NCBI GenBank assembly: GCA_008080735.1
Contig: SHMW01000011.1
Coordinates: 23,085 to 87,084 of the forward strand
Length of the DNA: 64,000 nucleotides
Direction: 5' to 3'
From: Promethearchaeota archaeon
GTDB taxonomy: Archaea; Asgardarchaeota; Lokiarchaeia; Sigyniarchaeales; SOKP01
Shown here: in pieces, positions 19,440 through 29,625 of the stretch
How positions within the stretch are numbered: position 1 is the first letter of the stretch
Layout: each line of letters opens with the position of its first letter
Made by a program: the position numbers and the translations under genes
Notes under the pieces: model-generated
Databases searched by the model: none
The model's input: only the letters and a program-made list of their open reading frames with translations
Told to the model about the DNA's origin: nothing

Positions 19440-20603
19440 TCACCTCTTTAATACCATAACGGTTGCCATTTGCATTATATCTCCCCAAGCTTGACCAACT
19501 CCGATTCTTGGGTCTCCAGGGATTTGTCTTTTTCCTGCTTTCCCAGCTAATTGCCAATATAACTCGCAAACCTTTTGTCCCATGGTTGCTGCGATCGGAT
19601 TCCCTACACCAAGTAAACCACCTGAAGGACAAATAGGTAAATCTCCATCTCTCTGGGTTACCCCTTCTCGCGTGAGGATTGGGGCTTCTCCTTTATCACA
19701 GAGCAGAAGTCCTTCCATATGATGAAGTTCTTTATAATCAAACGGATCATATGGCTCAGCAAAATCGATTTCGCGACGAGGGTTAACAATTCCCGCCATT
19801 TTATATGCCATTTTCGCAGCGAGGGAAACATAACGAGGAAAATATAGATCACGATTAGTCCACATGGTACTATCTATATTATATCCCACTCCTTCTACCC
19901 AGATGGGGTCATCAGTATATTGGTTCACGACATCTTCAGAGCAAAATATTAAAGCTGCTGCCCCGTCACTCGGGGGACTGATATCTAATCTTTGAACGGG
20001 CCATGCCATCATTTCAGAATTTAACACGTCATCGACGGTTATATTTGGATCTGCCAATTGCGCGCAAGGATGACCTACAGCATTTCGCTTATTCTTTACG
20101 GCTACTCGAGCAATATCTTCTTTCTTGATATTATGCACGGTCATATATCGATTCATCTCCATCGCGAAAAGCCATACTAAATTTGGATTAAGTGGTCTGT
20201 CAATGACGGGATCCCATATATGTCTAAATGCAGTTTGAGGGTGCGGATAACACGAACCCATTTTTTCCTCAGCTATCACCATACATATATCTGCAACACC
20301 GGAAGCTACATGCCACCATCCAGCAATAGGGGCAAATACTCCAGTCCCTCCACCGTTGAACACTCTTACATAAGGCTTTCCTGCCCCTCCAGCACCATCA
20401 AGTAAATTTTCACCTTTCATGTGGATACCGTCAAAAGCATCTGGAGCACTTCCCATTACTATCATATCGATATTTTTCTTTTCAATGCCTGCTTCTTCCA
20501 TTGCCATTTTTGCTGCTAAAAAGGATAATTCTTTTCCCGTCTCTTTTAATCGTCTTCGAAAGAGTGTCATTCCCGCTCCAATTACAGCTACATCTTTTTT
20601 CAT
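19440..20603 (-). CDS. SCP2-thiolase-like / Ltp3-like protein (387 aa)
   Basis: VAVIGAGMT, GSAPDAFDG, KNKRNA, SDGAAA and PSGGLL motifs. Confidence 0.92.
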   Translation of the reverse strand: MKKDVAVIGAGMTLFRRRLKETGKELSFLAAKMAMEEAGIEKKNIDMIVMGSAPDAFDGIHMKGENLLDGAGGAGKPYVRVFNGGGTGVFAPIAGWWHVASGVADICMVIAEEKMGSCYPHPQTAFRHIWDPVIDRPLNPNLVWLFAMEMNRYMTVHNIKKEDIARVAVKNKRNAVGHPCAQLADPNITVDDVLNSEMMAWPVQRLDISPPSDGAAALIFCSEDVVNQYTDDPIWVEGVGYNIDSTMWTNRDLYFPRYVSLAAKMAYKMAGIVNPRREIDFAEPYDPFDYKELHHMEGLLLCDKGEAPILTREGVTQRDGDLPICPSGGLLGVGNPIAATMGQKVCELYWQLAGKAGKRQIPGDPRIGVGQAWGDIMQMATVMVLKR

Positions 20604-20618
20604 TTATTTTTTCACCTC

Positions 20619-21860
20619 TTAACCTCTTGTAAATATTGCCACTGCTCCACTTCCTGAGGGAATACCTCGCCAAGACTGAGCAAGTCCAATCTCTACATCA
20701 TTTATTTGTCTTCTTCCGGCTAGTCCTTTAAGTTGTAATACAATTTCAAGCGATTTTTGAAGTCCCGTTGCCTCTAAACAGTTACCTATACCTAAGGATC
20801 CTCCCGATGGATTTATTGGAAGAGAACCTTGAATTTCCAGAGCGCCTTCATCAAGTAATTCTTTCGCCTCTCCTTTTCTAGCTAAGCCCAATGCTTCAAG
20901 ATGCTGTAATTCTTTATAAGTGAATCGATCATCGATCTCCGCCACTTGGATTTCTTTTCGAGGATCTACTATTCCCGCCATTTTATAAGCCATCTGAGAG
21001 GCATCTTTTGCATACTGCGCTTCCATCCCTCTTGTAGCCAGCCAAGGAGTTTCTGAACTCCAACCGAATCCAGAAAGATAAATAGGTTCAACTCCCAATT
21101 CTCGGGCGAATTCTTCGTTCGCTAGCACAAAACAAATAGCACCATCCACATTTGGACTGATATCTAATCGTTTAAGTGGTTTAAAACAGTATTCAGATTT
21201 CATTACATCGTCCACACTTATCTTTGCCTCATAATCAGCATAGGGAGTAAAATATGCATTCTTTTTATTCTTCACCGCTACTTTAGCACATTGTTCTTCA
21301 GTAGTATCAGTATTTCTTAAATAATGTTGCATTTCTAATCCCGCTAAGAAATACGGATGCATACGTTCCTCCTCATCAGTGCTTCCAACGAGAGGTTTCG
21401 GACTCTCTTCGCTATAAGAGGGCGAACCAGCATAATTTGGACGTTCTACAGGCCCGCTCACGGGACGATCATATAGAGGGTCAAATGCATGGAGCATTAC
21501 ATCTCCATAAGTGAGTAAATCTGATACTTTACTGTGTGCTTCGATTGAAACGACATTCATTAAACCTGTTTGTATTTGCATATAGGCATTTCCTAATCCA
21601 TAAATTCCATCGCCACAAACAGTGCAGCAAGGTCGCAAAAGAGCCCCGATCTGATCAGGGACAAATTCATCAAAGATACTAAATCCTTCCCAGTAATCCT
21701 CGGCACATGTTATAAAGCTGTCAATATCTCTTCTAGGATCAATTCCCGCATCCACATATGCCTTATTACATGCCTCATACATAATATCTTTCCAACTCAT
21801 CCCCGGTGTCATACTATTAAAGTCAGTATGACCAATTCCAATTACACATACTCGTGTCAT
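20619..21860 (-). CDS. SCP2-thiolase-like / Ltp4-like protein with an internal ~31-aa insertion
   Basis: VCVIGIGHT, KNKKNA, VDGAIC and INPSGGSL motifs; 413 aa versus about 385 aa for the paralogues. Confidence 0.9.
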   Translation of the reverse strand: MTRVCVIGIGHTDFNSMTPGMSWKDIMYEACNKAYVDAGIDPRRDIDSFITCAEDYWEGFSIFDEFVPDQIGALLRPCCTVCGDGIYGLGNAYMQIQTGLMNVVSIEAHSKVSDLLTYGDVMLHAFDPLYDRPVSGPVERPNYAGSPSYSEESPKPLVGSTDEEERMHPYFLAGLEMQHYLRNTDTTEEQCAKVAVKNKKNAYFTPYADYEAKISVDDVMKSEYCFKPLKRLDISPNVDGAICFVLANEEFARELGVEPIYLSGFGWSSETPWLATRGMEAQYAKDASQMAYKMAGIVDPRKEIQVAEIDDRFTYKELQHLEALGLARKGEAKELLDEGALEIQGSLPINPSGGSLGIGNCLEATGLQKSLEIVLQLKGLAGRRQINDVEIGLAQSWRGIPSGSGAVAIFTRG

Positions 21861-22189
21861 GTATTTTTCACACTTTTTTTGACAATATTTTTTTATCTTT
21901 TAATTTTCAATATATAGATAAAAGATTGATTGAAGAATCTAATAAAGCTTATTGTGGGATAAATTCCGCTTTTCAATAACTTAAAAATTAAACTGATTTC
22001 TTTATGAATTAAAGTTGGTTCTTATATTGAGACCCAAGGAAAAAAAACATTCTTCTATCTCTGAATTGAAACGCAATTTTACCGATTTTCAGATATTTTA
22101 TAAAACAATTAGCTATAAATAGTTGAATCCTTCTAAGTTAATATGTAGATATATTTCTAAAATACAGACAAAACAATTTGAGATAAAAA

Positions 22190-23536
22190 ATGGATACAAG
22201 ACTTTCCGAATTTAGAGAAATTCGGATTACTAAGTATGTCCCGGAACTCGATATCTTGAATAATCCCATATTAAAAGCAAATGAAAAGAGATTTTTAGAG
22301 GACTTTTATGAATTTTTAGAAAATGATTTAGACGAGGATTTAAGAAAACTTGAGGAGCTCAATTATCACGTAGAAGAACCGATAGAGGATAAAAAGCAAG
22401 AAATTGTGATTGGAATTATGAAAAAACTCTCCGATCATGGTTATTATAGCACAATAGGGACGGAAGATCCTGAGTATGAACTTGGTCCTATCATGAGAAA
22501 TGCACTTATCGCTTATGCTTTATGTGGAGGAAGATGGTCGGATTATTCTGAACGTTACATTGCGGGGAATTGGAGTATTGAAATGGGTAGGCTTGCGGGG
22601 GGCACCTTATACTGTAACCCAGTAAATTATAAAGCGAATACCTATCAAAAAGAGAACTTTTTATATCCTGTTTCCAAGGAAGGAAATATTGGTGCGTCAG
22701 CAATGACAGAATTTAATGCGGGAAGTGATATTTTTGATATGGAACTACGCTTAATGGAAGAAGATGATACCGTTGTAATTAAAGGCAAAAAAGTTTTTAT
22801 TACAAACGGCTTAATTGCCAATTTCATCATAGTATATGGTCGTTTGAATAGCGGACAATTAGGCGCAGTTATAGTACCGACTGAGGATCTCTCTTTAAAT
22901 GATTTTCGGGCAGCCAGAGTCTATACATATGGAATGAGGGATGCCTTCGTAAGTCGCTTAATCTTTGATAGAACGAAAGTTCCAAAAGAAAATCTTCTAC
23001 GTGGAAACGGGATTGATATAATGTTTCATCAATTGACTGAAGAACGCTTAGTGATAAGCGCAGAAGCATTGGGAGACGCGATGAAAAAGATACTATTTTC
23101 CCATACATGGGCTTCACATAGAGAACAATTTGGGAAACGACTACATCAATACCAAGTTATACGATTTCCAATAGCGGAAAATATTCGGCAATTGAATTTG
23201 TTACTCTCAGCATTATTTCAGTATGCAAGAACCCTAGATGAGAAACCTGAATTAGTGAGTTCGAAAATAATGGCAGCCAATACAATGGGATTAAAAATAC
23301 AAACTACCGAATTAGCGTTCGAGAGTGCGCAGCATTGTTTCAGAACGATGGGAGGACGTGGGTTTATTCGCCAATATTCTAACCAAATCGGACTTTTGGA
23401 CCCATATTGTATGATACATGGTGGTGGTAGCAACTATGTTCTGGAGGACAGCGAGTCCCGACGATTCTTCAAAACCCGACCTACAAAGCCCGAGAGAACT
23501 GATGTGTTTCCAAGAATAGATTTATTTTTCGAATAA
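22190..23536 (+). CDS. acyl-CoA dehydrogenase family protein
   Basis: AMTEFNAGSD, GKKVFITNG, REQFGK.L..YQ and MGGRGF motifs. Confidence 0.9.
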   Translation: MDTRLSEFREIRITKYVPELDILNNPILKANEKRFLEDFYEFLENDLDEDLRKLEELNYHVEEPIEDKKQEIVIGIMKKLSDHGYYSTIGTEDPEYELGPIMRNALIAYALCGGRWSDYSERYIAGNWSIEMGRLAGGTLYCNPVNYKANTYQKENFLYPVSKEGNIGASAMTEFNAGSDIFDMELRLMEEDDTVVIKGKKVFITNGLIANFIIVYGRLNSGQLGAVIVPTEDLSLNDFRAARVYTYGMRDAFVSRLIFDRTKVPKENLLRGNGIDIMFHQLTEERLVISAEALGDAMKKILFSHTWASHREQFGKRLHQYQVIRFPIAENIRQLNLLLSALFQYARTLDEKPELVSSKIMAANTMGLKIQTTELAFESAQHCFRTMGGRGFIRQYSNQIGLLDPYCMIHGGGSNYVLEDSESRRFFKTRPTKPERTDVFPRIDLFFE

Positions 23537-23635
23537 ATCAACTTTCTTTTTCTTAATTCACCTATAAATCTCCACTTTTACTATAAATTATCACAGAAGT
23601 ATATTTTAAATAGAATTTTTTATAGCTTATATATA

Positions 23636-24613
23636 ATGGAATTTTCATATAACTTCGAAAGTCTTGATATTACAAATATTATCGAGGATTACAAGGGAAA
23701 GCAATTAGATGATTTATTTGAGACTCAGAAGGTAATTGAAAATGGATTAGGCGAATTTTTAGAGATTTCACGGGAGTGTGGCGAAATTAATCCTATAACA
23801 TTGAATCTAAAGGCCTCTCGAAGAAGAATTCTCTGCAATCTCAAAACAGTCTATAATATCGGTGAAATTACTGAAAAGAGGTTTATCAATAAGGGTGTTA
23901 AAACACTCTATGATTTACGGTATAATATACGTTTTAGAGAAGCTGCAAATGAGATGCTTTCTCTAATACAACGCAAAGATTTTCATAACCTTAACAGAAA
24001 TAAATATGTCTATGATTTAGATACCTCTTTTTGCTTTGATCAAGATGAGTTGCTATTTTTTGATATTGAAACGTTAGGGATATATGATAGTCCAATTATA
24101 ATCATTGGTTTAGGATATTATAATAAAGAAGCATATCATATCCTCCAATTATTTGCAAGGGGGTTAGAAGAAGAAATTGCTCTATGTGAACATCTGAGAG
24201 CGGAAGTCTTGCCACGATTTAAATGCTTTGTTTCTTATAATGGAAAAAGTTTTGATATTCCATATTTAGCGAATCGATTTTTATATTATTTTGACGAAAA
24301 TCCGATGATTTCCGAAGGAGATACTCCATATAAAGATTTTAATACGAAATTTGGTCATATAGATCTCTATCATAATTGTCGACGAAAATTCAAAGGGAGA
24401 TTTCCAGATTACACCCTCTCGACAATCGAAAAAGAACTGCTCAATTGGGAACGAGAGAATGAATTAGCAAGTAATTTAGTTGGAATATGTTATAAAAAAT
24501 ATTTGAAAGATCCGAAGAAATATATTGGATTAGTTAAAGAATGCATTGATCATAACTATTTTGATATTCTTTCACTTCCATTAATCTATAATAAATTGTT
24601 GGAATGCGTCTAA
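23636..24613 (+). CDS. YprB-like RNase H-fold (DnaQ-like) exonuclease
   Basis: FFDIETLG, SYNGKSFDIPYL, HIDL and HN..DI motifs. Confidence 0.85.
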   Translation: MEFSYNFESLDITNIIEDYKGKQLDDLFETQKVIENGLGEFLEISRECGEINPITLNLKASRRRILCNLKTVYNIGEITEKRFINKGVKTLYDLRYNIRFREAANEMLSLIQRKDFHNLNRNKYVYDLDTSFCFDQDELLFFDIETLGIYDSPIIIIGLGYYNKEAYHILQLFARGLEEEIALCEHLRAEVLPRFKCFVSYNGKSFDIPYLANRFLYYFDENPMISEGDTPYKDFNTKFGHIDLYHNCRRKFKGRFPDYTLSTIEKELLNWERENELASNLVGICYKKYLKDPKKYIGLVKECIDHNYFDILSLPLIYNKLLECV

Positions 24614-24650
24614 TTTATAATAGGTTATATACTTCTCTAATTTGATATAA

Positions 24651-25853
24651 ATGTATGAGAAGAGAAATGAATACGATTTTACCATAGAAACACTTAATTC
24701 TGTGAAATCAAAATTAGATGAGAAACTTGCAGCCAAATTGAAATCTAAACGAGTTTTTTTGGCTATTGATGGGTTTATAGATTCTCTTTATTCACTCATA
24801 AAATCTCGAAAGACTGCTGAAGATTATAAGAAATTTTCCACGATTAAAGAATTCGCCGATCGATTATATACTATAGCTGGAAGTTCAGGAAATATAGAAT
24901 TACACCTAAAGAAGAAAACTTCTGGTGGGTTTGTTCCCAATAATGGGAAAGCCTTAAGTTCATTAGGAGTCAATCTTTTCTTATTTGGAGCATTAGGAAT
25001 TCCCGAAACAAAAAATGTTTTCTCATCACTAATAAATAAATCAAATGTGGATATTTGCTCTATCGCCAATCCGGGTAAAACTATCGGTTTAGAATTCTCG
25101 GATGGCAAAATTATGCTCTCTGATTTTAAAGGACTATTTGAGATATCGTGGGATACCATACAATCACGGATAAAAAGTGATAATCTAATCAAGGAGATAG
25201 AACACTCAGATGCAATCGGATTTGGATATTGGTCTCTCAACAGTAGTATGACAAAGATCTGGAAAAAATTTAATAAAGAAGTCTTTCCATCCTTATCAAA
25301 TTTAAATAAAAAATTCTTTTTCATAGATTTAGCGGATGTTAAAAAGCGCAGCTCTTCTGATATTTTAGAAATGCTTGATGTTGTAAAAAATTTAGAAGAC
25401 CAAATTCCAGTGCTTATGAGCCTTAATGATCAAGAGGCCATAGATATTTCGAAGACTATTGATGATGTCCCCTCAATTGATCCTAAGAAAGAAAAATTCA
25501 AGGGTTTTATCAACGCGGGAAATGATATCAATAATAAATTGAATTTATCTTATTTAGTAATACATTCTCCACACTTCGCAACAATTTCCTTAAAAAATAA
25601 TGAAGGCCATTATTGGATTACCGAAGGCTACACCGCGCATCCTTCATTTACAGTTTCAGCAGGTGATCATTTTCTTTCTGGAGTGGTTGCCGGATTATTG
25701 GGAAGATTAACTCCACAAGAAGCCATTTTGGTTGGGAACGCTTTAACGGCAATTTTTGTTCGAATTGGCCGATCTCCAAGATTTAGTGAACTTGCACAAT
25801 TCATTTCAAAATATATTCATTATATAGACCAAGATGATCCTCAGTTCCCGTAA
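24651..25853 (+). CDS. PfkB/ribokinase-fold protein
   Basis: C-terminal TVSAGDHFLSG anion-hole motif, GG...N motif and N..EA. Confidence 0.75.
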   Translation: MYEKRNEYDFTIETLNSVKSKLDEKLAAKLKSKRVFLAIDGFIDSLYSLIKSRKTAEDYKKFSTIKEFADRLYTIAGSSGNIELHLKKKTSGGFVPNNGKALSSLGVNLFLFGALGIPETKNVFSSLINKSNVDICSIANPGKTIGLEFSDGKIMLSDFKGLFEISWDTIQSRIKSDNLIKEIEHSDAIGFGYWSLNSSMTKIWKKFNKEVFPSLSNLNKKFFFIDLADVKKRSSSDILEMLDVVKNLEDQIPVLMSLNDQEAIDISKTIDDVPSIDPKKEKFKGFINAGNDINNKLNLSYLVIHSPHFATISLKNNEGHYWITEGYTAHPSFTVSAGDHFLSGVVAGLLGRLTPQEAILVGNALTAIFVRIGRSPRFSELAQFISKYIHYIDQDDPQFP

Positions 25854-25921
25854 ATAGATAGTTAGATTCATACTTAAGATCTATTAGACAAATCTTAATT
25901 ACAGAGAATTCATTTAAACAC

Positions 25922-27604
25922 GTGATAAATATGGAAAGTAGACTATTTGATCAATCTTGGAATGTAAAGAATCGAGAAAATATTAAAACTAGATTAAAAG
26001 AAACTGAGTATGATGTGATAGTCATTGGAGCAGGTATAACTGGTGCAGGTGTAGCTCGAGAAGGTGCTATGAGAGGGCTTAAGATTGCTTTAGTGGACAT
26101 GCAAGACTTTGCGGCGGGAACATCCTCAAGAAGTTCCAAGTTAGCTCACGGTGGGATACGCTATCTTTCCCATGGTGAGATGGACTTAGTGAAAGAGGCA
26201 ACAACAGAGCGAAATTGGATGCAAGCTCATATTCCACACTTAATTCGTCCGATTCCCTTCTTATTTGTAAATTGGGAAGGAGGAAAATATAATGAACGTT
26301 CTATAAAATCAGCGGTAAAAATTTATGACTTTTTGAGCGATAAGGATCAAGAATTTAAAAATTATAAACAACATCAATGGTACTCAGCAGAAGAAGTCTT
26401 AGAATTGGAGCCTAAAATTAAGAAAGAAGGTAATAAAGGAGGTGCGGTATATTATGATTGTAATGTGGACGATGCACGTCTTACAATCGAGACTTTAAAA
26501 GAAGCAGTCATAAGAGGAGCAGATATTATTAATTATTGTGAAGCCGTTGACTATAGTATAGAAGATGGTAAGATTACGGGTGTGAAATGTAAAGATAGAG
26601 AAGATGGTGAAGAATTTGAAATTAAAGGTACATTAGTAGTAAATGCGACGGGGATTTGGAGTGATGATTTATTGAATGTATATCCAGATGAAGTTCCCGA
26701 ACCTTTAATAAGACCTACTAAAGGCGTTCATCTTACTTATAAGCGTGAGGATGTGGGAAATGAAATGGCAACTATTATCACTTCTATTACTGATGAGCGA
26801 GCTTTTTTTGTCCTTCCAAGAGGCGACTATACCATAATAGGAACTACTGATACAGATTATAATGATGATTTAGCGAATCCATATTGTAATAAAGATGATG
26901 CGGATTATTTAATTAAATCTGTTAGATATTACTTTCCAGACGCCAAACTAGAATACAAAGACTATTTGTTAGAAACATACGCAGGAATACGACCTTTAGT
27001 AAAGGAAAAAGGAAAATCAGAAAGCGATGTATCTCGAAAACACGTCATCTTTTTTAATGAAAATGGACTGTTAACAATTGCAGGAGGGAAATTAACAACG
27101 TGGAGAGCGATGGCAGAAGATTTATTCAATGAAGTTGAAGAAAAAAATATCTTTCCCGATATCGAGCGAGAAAAAGGATTTTCCAAGCAAAAATTTGCTA
27201 TCGCTCTAGAAAAAGACGATTGGGAAGAAAAACGCAAGGAATATAACATAAATATTGATGATAAAGTGGCTGACCATCTCTATATGCAATATGGGCTTGG
27301 AGCACTCGAAATACTTAAATTAATTGAGGAGAATCCGGACTTAAAAGATCCTATAGTTGATGAGAATGAATTCATTAAAGCAGAAGTACTTTATTCGCTC
27401 CGTTATGAAATTACACCGCATCTAATCGATGTCTTTTGCCGCAGAACAGAAATGAGTCTTTTTATAAATCATAAGAAACAATTTGAGGCGGCAAAAACGG
27501 TCGCAGATATAATGGCAGAAGAATATTCATGGAACGATGCGAAAAAAGAACAGGAAATACAACAATATATTGATTATGTAAAAAAAACCGTGGAATTTGT
27601 TTAA
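25922..27604 (+). CDS. glpD: FAD-dependent glycerol-3-phosphate dehydrogenase/oxidase (GlpD/GlpA)
   Basis: IGAGITG, DFAAGTSSRSSKLAHGGIRYL, DDARL, GTTD, AGIRPL, SRKH and GGKLTTWR motifs; probable start 25931. Confidence 0.92.
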   Translation: MINMESRLFDQSWNVKNRENIKTRLKETEYDVIVIGAGITGAGVAREGAMRGLKIALVDMQDFAAGTSSRSSKLAHGGIRYLSHGEMDLVKEATTERNWMQAHIPHLIRPIPFLFVNWEGGKYNERSIKSAVKIYDFLSDKDQEFKNYKQHQWYSAEEVLELEPKIKKEGNKGGAVYYDCNVDDARLTIETLKEAVIRGADIINYCEAVDYSIEDGKITGVKCKDREDGEEFEIKGTLVVNATGIWSDDLLNVYPDEVPEPLIRPTKGVHLTYKREDVGNEMATIITSITDERAFFVLPRGDYTIIGTTDTDYNDDLANPYCNKDDADYLIKSVRYYFPDAKLEYKDYLLETYAGIRPLVKEKGKSESDVSRKHVIFFNENGLLTIAGGKLTTWRAMAEDLFNEVEEKNIFPDIEREKGFSKQKFAIALEKDDWEEKRKEYNINIDDKVADHLYMQYGLGALEILKLIEENPDLKDPIVDENEFIKAEVLYSLRYEITPHLIDVFCRRTEMSLFINHKKQFEAAKTVADIMAEEYSWNDAKKEQEIQQYIDYVKKTVEFV

Positions 27605-27692
27605 TTTTCTACTTTAATTTTTTTAAAATTGGACTCTAGAAAAATAATAAATTAATAATCCTAATTATTCATATAATAATCAAAAAATATTT

Positions 27693-28364
27693 GTGATTCG
27701 AATGGTATTCCAAATTGATTATACAAATTTGATTTTAATTCCGATGGCAAGATTGGGAGCATTATTCTTGCTTTTTTTAGGGATTATATGGATTGTATAT
27801 GGTGTATATGAAGGAAGACGCCGCGGATCTTACAAAGATCGCAAAGTGGAAGATTGGGATTTTAAAATTACCCGTTTCCTCAAAGCTTTAACCTATTTAG
27901 GATTTGTGGTTGGGGCCATAGCTATAATTTCTGGTGCTGCCCAATTGATCCTTAATGAACCACCTATTATGACGAAAAGTGACTTTATTGGGGATCATAG
28001 AAACATTTTTACAGCGGTTTTATTAATTGTTCTAGGCTTATTTACCTTCTTAAAACCTCTCAATGATCTCCCAATCGCCTCAATAATAGGATTAGCAGTG
28101 GCAACAATCGCAGTTATTTTCATTTCACTAATGATCCCCCAAGAAGCATTAGAAATCATTGATGTGTTTATAGATTATAGAATAGTATTAGTGATAATTT
28201 TTATTATCATTTTTGCGGTCGCCGCACTAGTAATTAAATTTTACATCGGAGGTTTAATGGCCCTCAGTAAGGTCATTTCATGGCCACCCTTAGCGATTGG
28301 AATTGCGATTTTCTGTTTCTTGCAATCCTTCCTTCTATTAACTGCTGGATTCTCTCTACTCTAA
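27693..28364 (+). CDS. hypothetical multi-pass membrane protein
   Basis: About six hydrophobic helices. Confidence 0.75.
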   Translation: MIRMVFQIDYTNLILIPMARLGALFLLFLGIIWIVYGVYEGRRRGSYKDRKVEDWDFKITRFLKALTYLGFVVGAIAIISGAAQLILNEPPIMTKSDFIGDHRNIFTAVLLIVLGLFTFLKPLNDLPIASIIGLAVATIAVIFISLMIPQEALEIIDVFIDYRIVLVIIFIIIFAVAALVIKFYIGGLMALSKVISWPPLAIGIAIFCFLQSFLLLTAGFSLL

Positions 28365-28391
28365 TAATTTAAATTATTTTTTTCTCATTTT

Positions 28392-29504
28392 TTATAAAAA
28401 AGAAAATTTGTGTGAAGGATTTTTCTTAATTTTACCGATAATGTCATTTTCAAGATTATAATTACAGTTATTACACCTTTTCTCGTTTGTTATGTTTACT
28501 TCTGAAAATCTATATCCATCCCGTTTGATTAAAAGCTGTCCGCAATTTGGACAATAGGTATTGGCACCTTTTTCGTGCCGTGCGTTTCCAACATAGGGAT
28601 AAAATAATCCTGTTTCTTTTGCGATGTTATAAGCCATATCTAAAGTCCTCAAAGGTGTGCGGTCTTGAGATGGCATCTTATAATCGGGATGATAAGCAGA
28701 AAAATGAGTTGGTGTATCTTTCCCTAAATTCTCAACGACCCATTCACAAAGATTTCTAATATCTTCCTCATCATCATTTAAATCAGGTATGATCAAATTC
28801 GTCACTTCGACATGAATTTCCCCTTCCTTAAATCTTTTTGCTGTATCTAAAACAGGTTTAACTGATTTTACACCACAAATTTTTTTATAAAAATCGTCCG
28901 TCATCCCTTTTATGTCTATATTCGCTGCCCCAATTCCGATATCTATTAATTCTTCAGTTGCTTCTGGAGTGGAAAACCCATTCGTGACTAAGATAGTTTG
29001 AATCTCTTCCTCATGTAATAATCGTGCTGTGTCTATAATCCATTCATGCCATATTAAAGGTTCATTATAAGTATATGCCAATGTTTTAGCTCCGCTCTTA
29101 TTCACTTTTTTTACTAATTCTTTAGGTTTCATTTCTACTAAAGACATTTCCCGATTTCGATAATCCTCAAAATCATAGCTACCTTTATCACCATCTTCAG
29201 ACGGCGTTGCTTGACTAATAGACCAGTTTTGACAATGCAAACATCGAAAAGAACACCCAATTGAGGCAACGGAATAGGCAGTATGTCCCGGCCAAAAATT
29301 ATACAATGGCTTTTTCTCAATTGGATCTAAACTCCCTTGGGAAATCATTGAGCCATAAATAAGGGTAAATAATTCCCCCTCTATATTTTTTCTTGTTCTA
29401 CAGAAACCCACTTTTCCGGGAGTAATAACACATTCATTCGCGCATACATGACATTGGACTTTATTCTCCTCTAGTTTTTCCCATAATCGTGCTTTGACTT
29501 TCAT
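28392..29504 (-). CDS. amrS: AmmeMemoRadiSam system radical SAM enzyme (PflA-like)
   Basis: CHVCANEC..C.TR, DPIEKKPL, CSFRCLHCQNW, YTYNEP and TYCPNCG motifs. Confidence 0.9.
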   Translation of the reverse strand: MKVKARLWEKLEENKVQCHVCANECVITPGKVGFCRTRKNIEGELFTLIYGSMISQGSLDPIEKKPLYNFWPGHTAYSVASIGCSFRCLHCQNWSISQATPSEDGDKGSYDFEDYRNREMSLVEMKPKELVKKVNKSGAKTLAYTYNEPLIWHEWIIDTARLLHEEEIQTILVTNGFSTPEATEELIDIGIGAANIDIKGMTDDFYKKICGVKSVKPVLDTAKRFKEGEIHVEVTNLIIPDLNDDEEDIRNLCEWVVENLGKDTPTHFSAYHPDYKMPSQDRTPLRTLDMAYNIAKETGLFYPYVGNARHEKGANTYCPNCGQLLIKRDGYRFSEVNITNEKRCNNCNYNLENDIIGKIKKNPSHKFSFL

Positions 29505-29625
29505 ATCAACCTACCTCTTAACTAAATATTATATTTTCAATTTTTTAAGAATTAATAATATAAATTATTAATTTAGAATATATGTGATCTCTAGATGCTA
29601 AATCTATTAACTGAGATGATGAATT

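Noticed and set aside
19435-19632. N-terminal 66 aa of the 245-aa ORF
   Set aside because: It overlaps the thiolase gene in another frame; the RBS supports a start at 19434.
21370-21403. Hammerhead-ribozyme-like core on the minus strand (UCC-GAAAC...GUU...CUGAUGA-GGA)
   Set aside because: The core words are in type II order with a 3-bp stem II, but stem III would be only 2 bp and stem I cannot form. Probably chance within coding sequence.
29140-29215. Extra loop in the radical SAM protein with a small hairpin, considered as an intron
   Set aside because: No BHB geometry and no stop codon; it looks like a protein loop.
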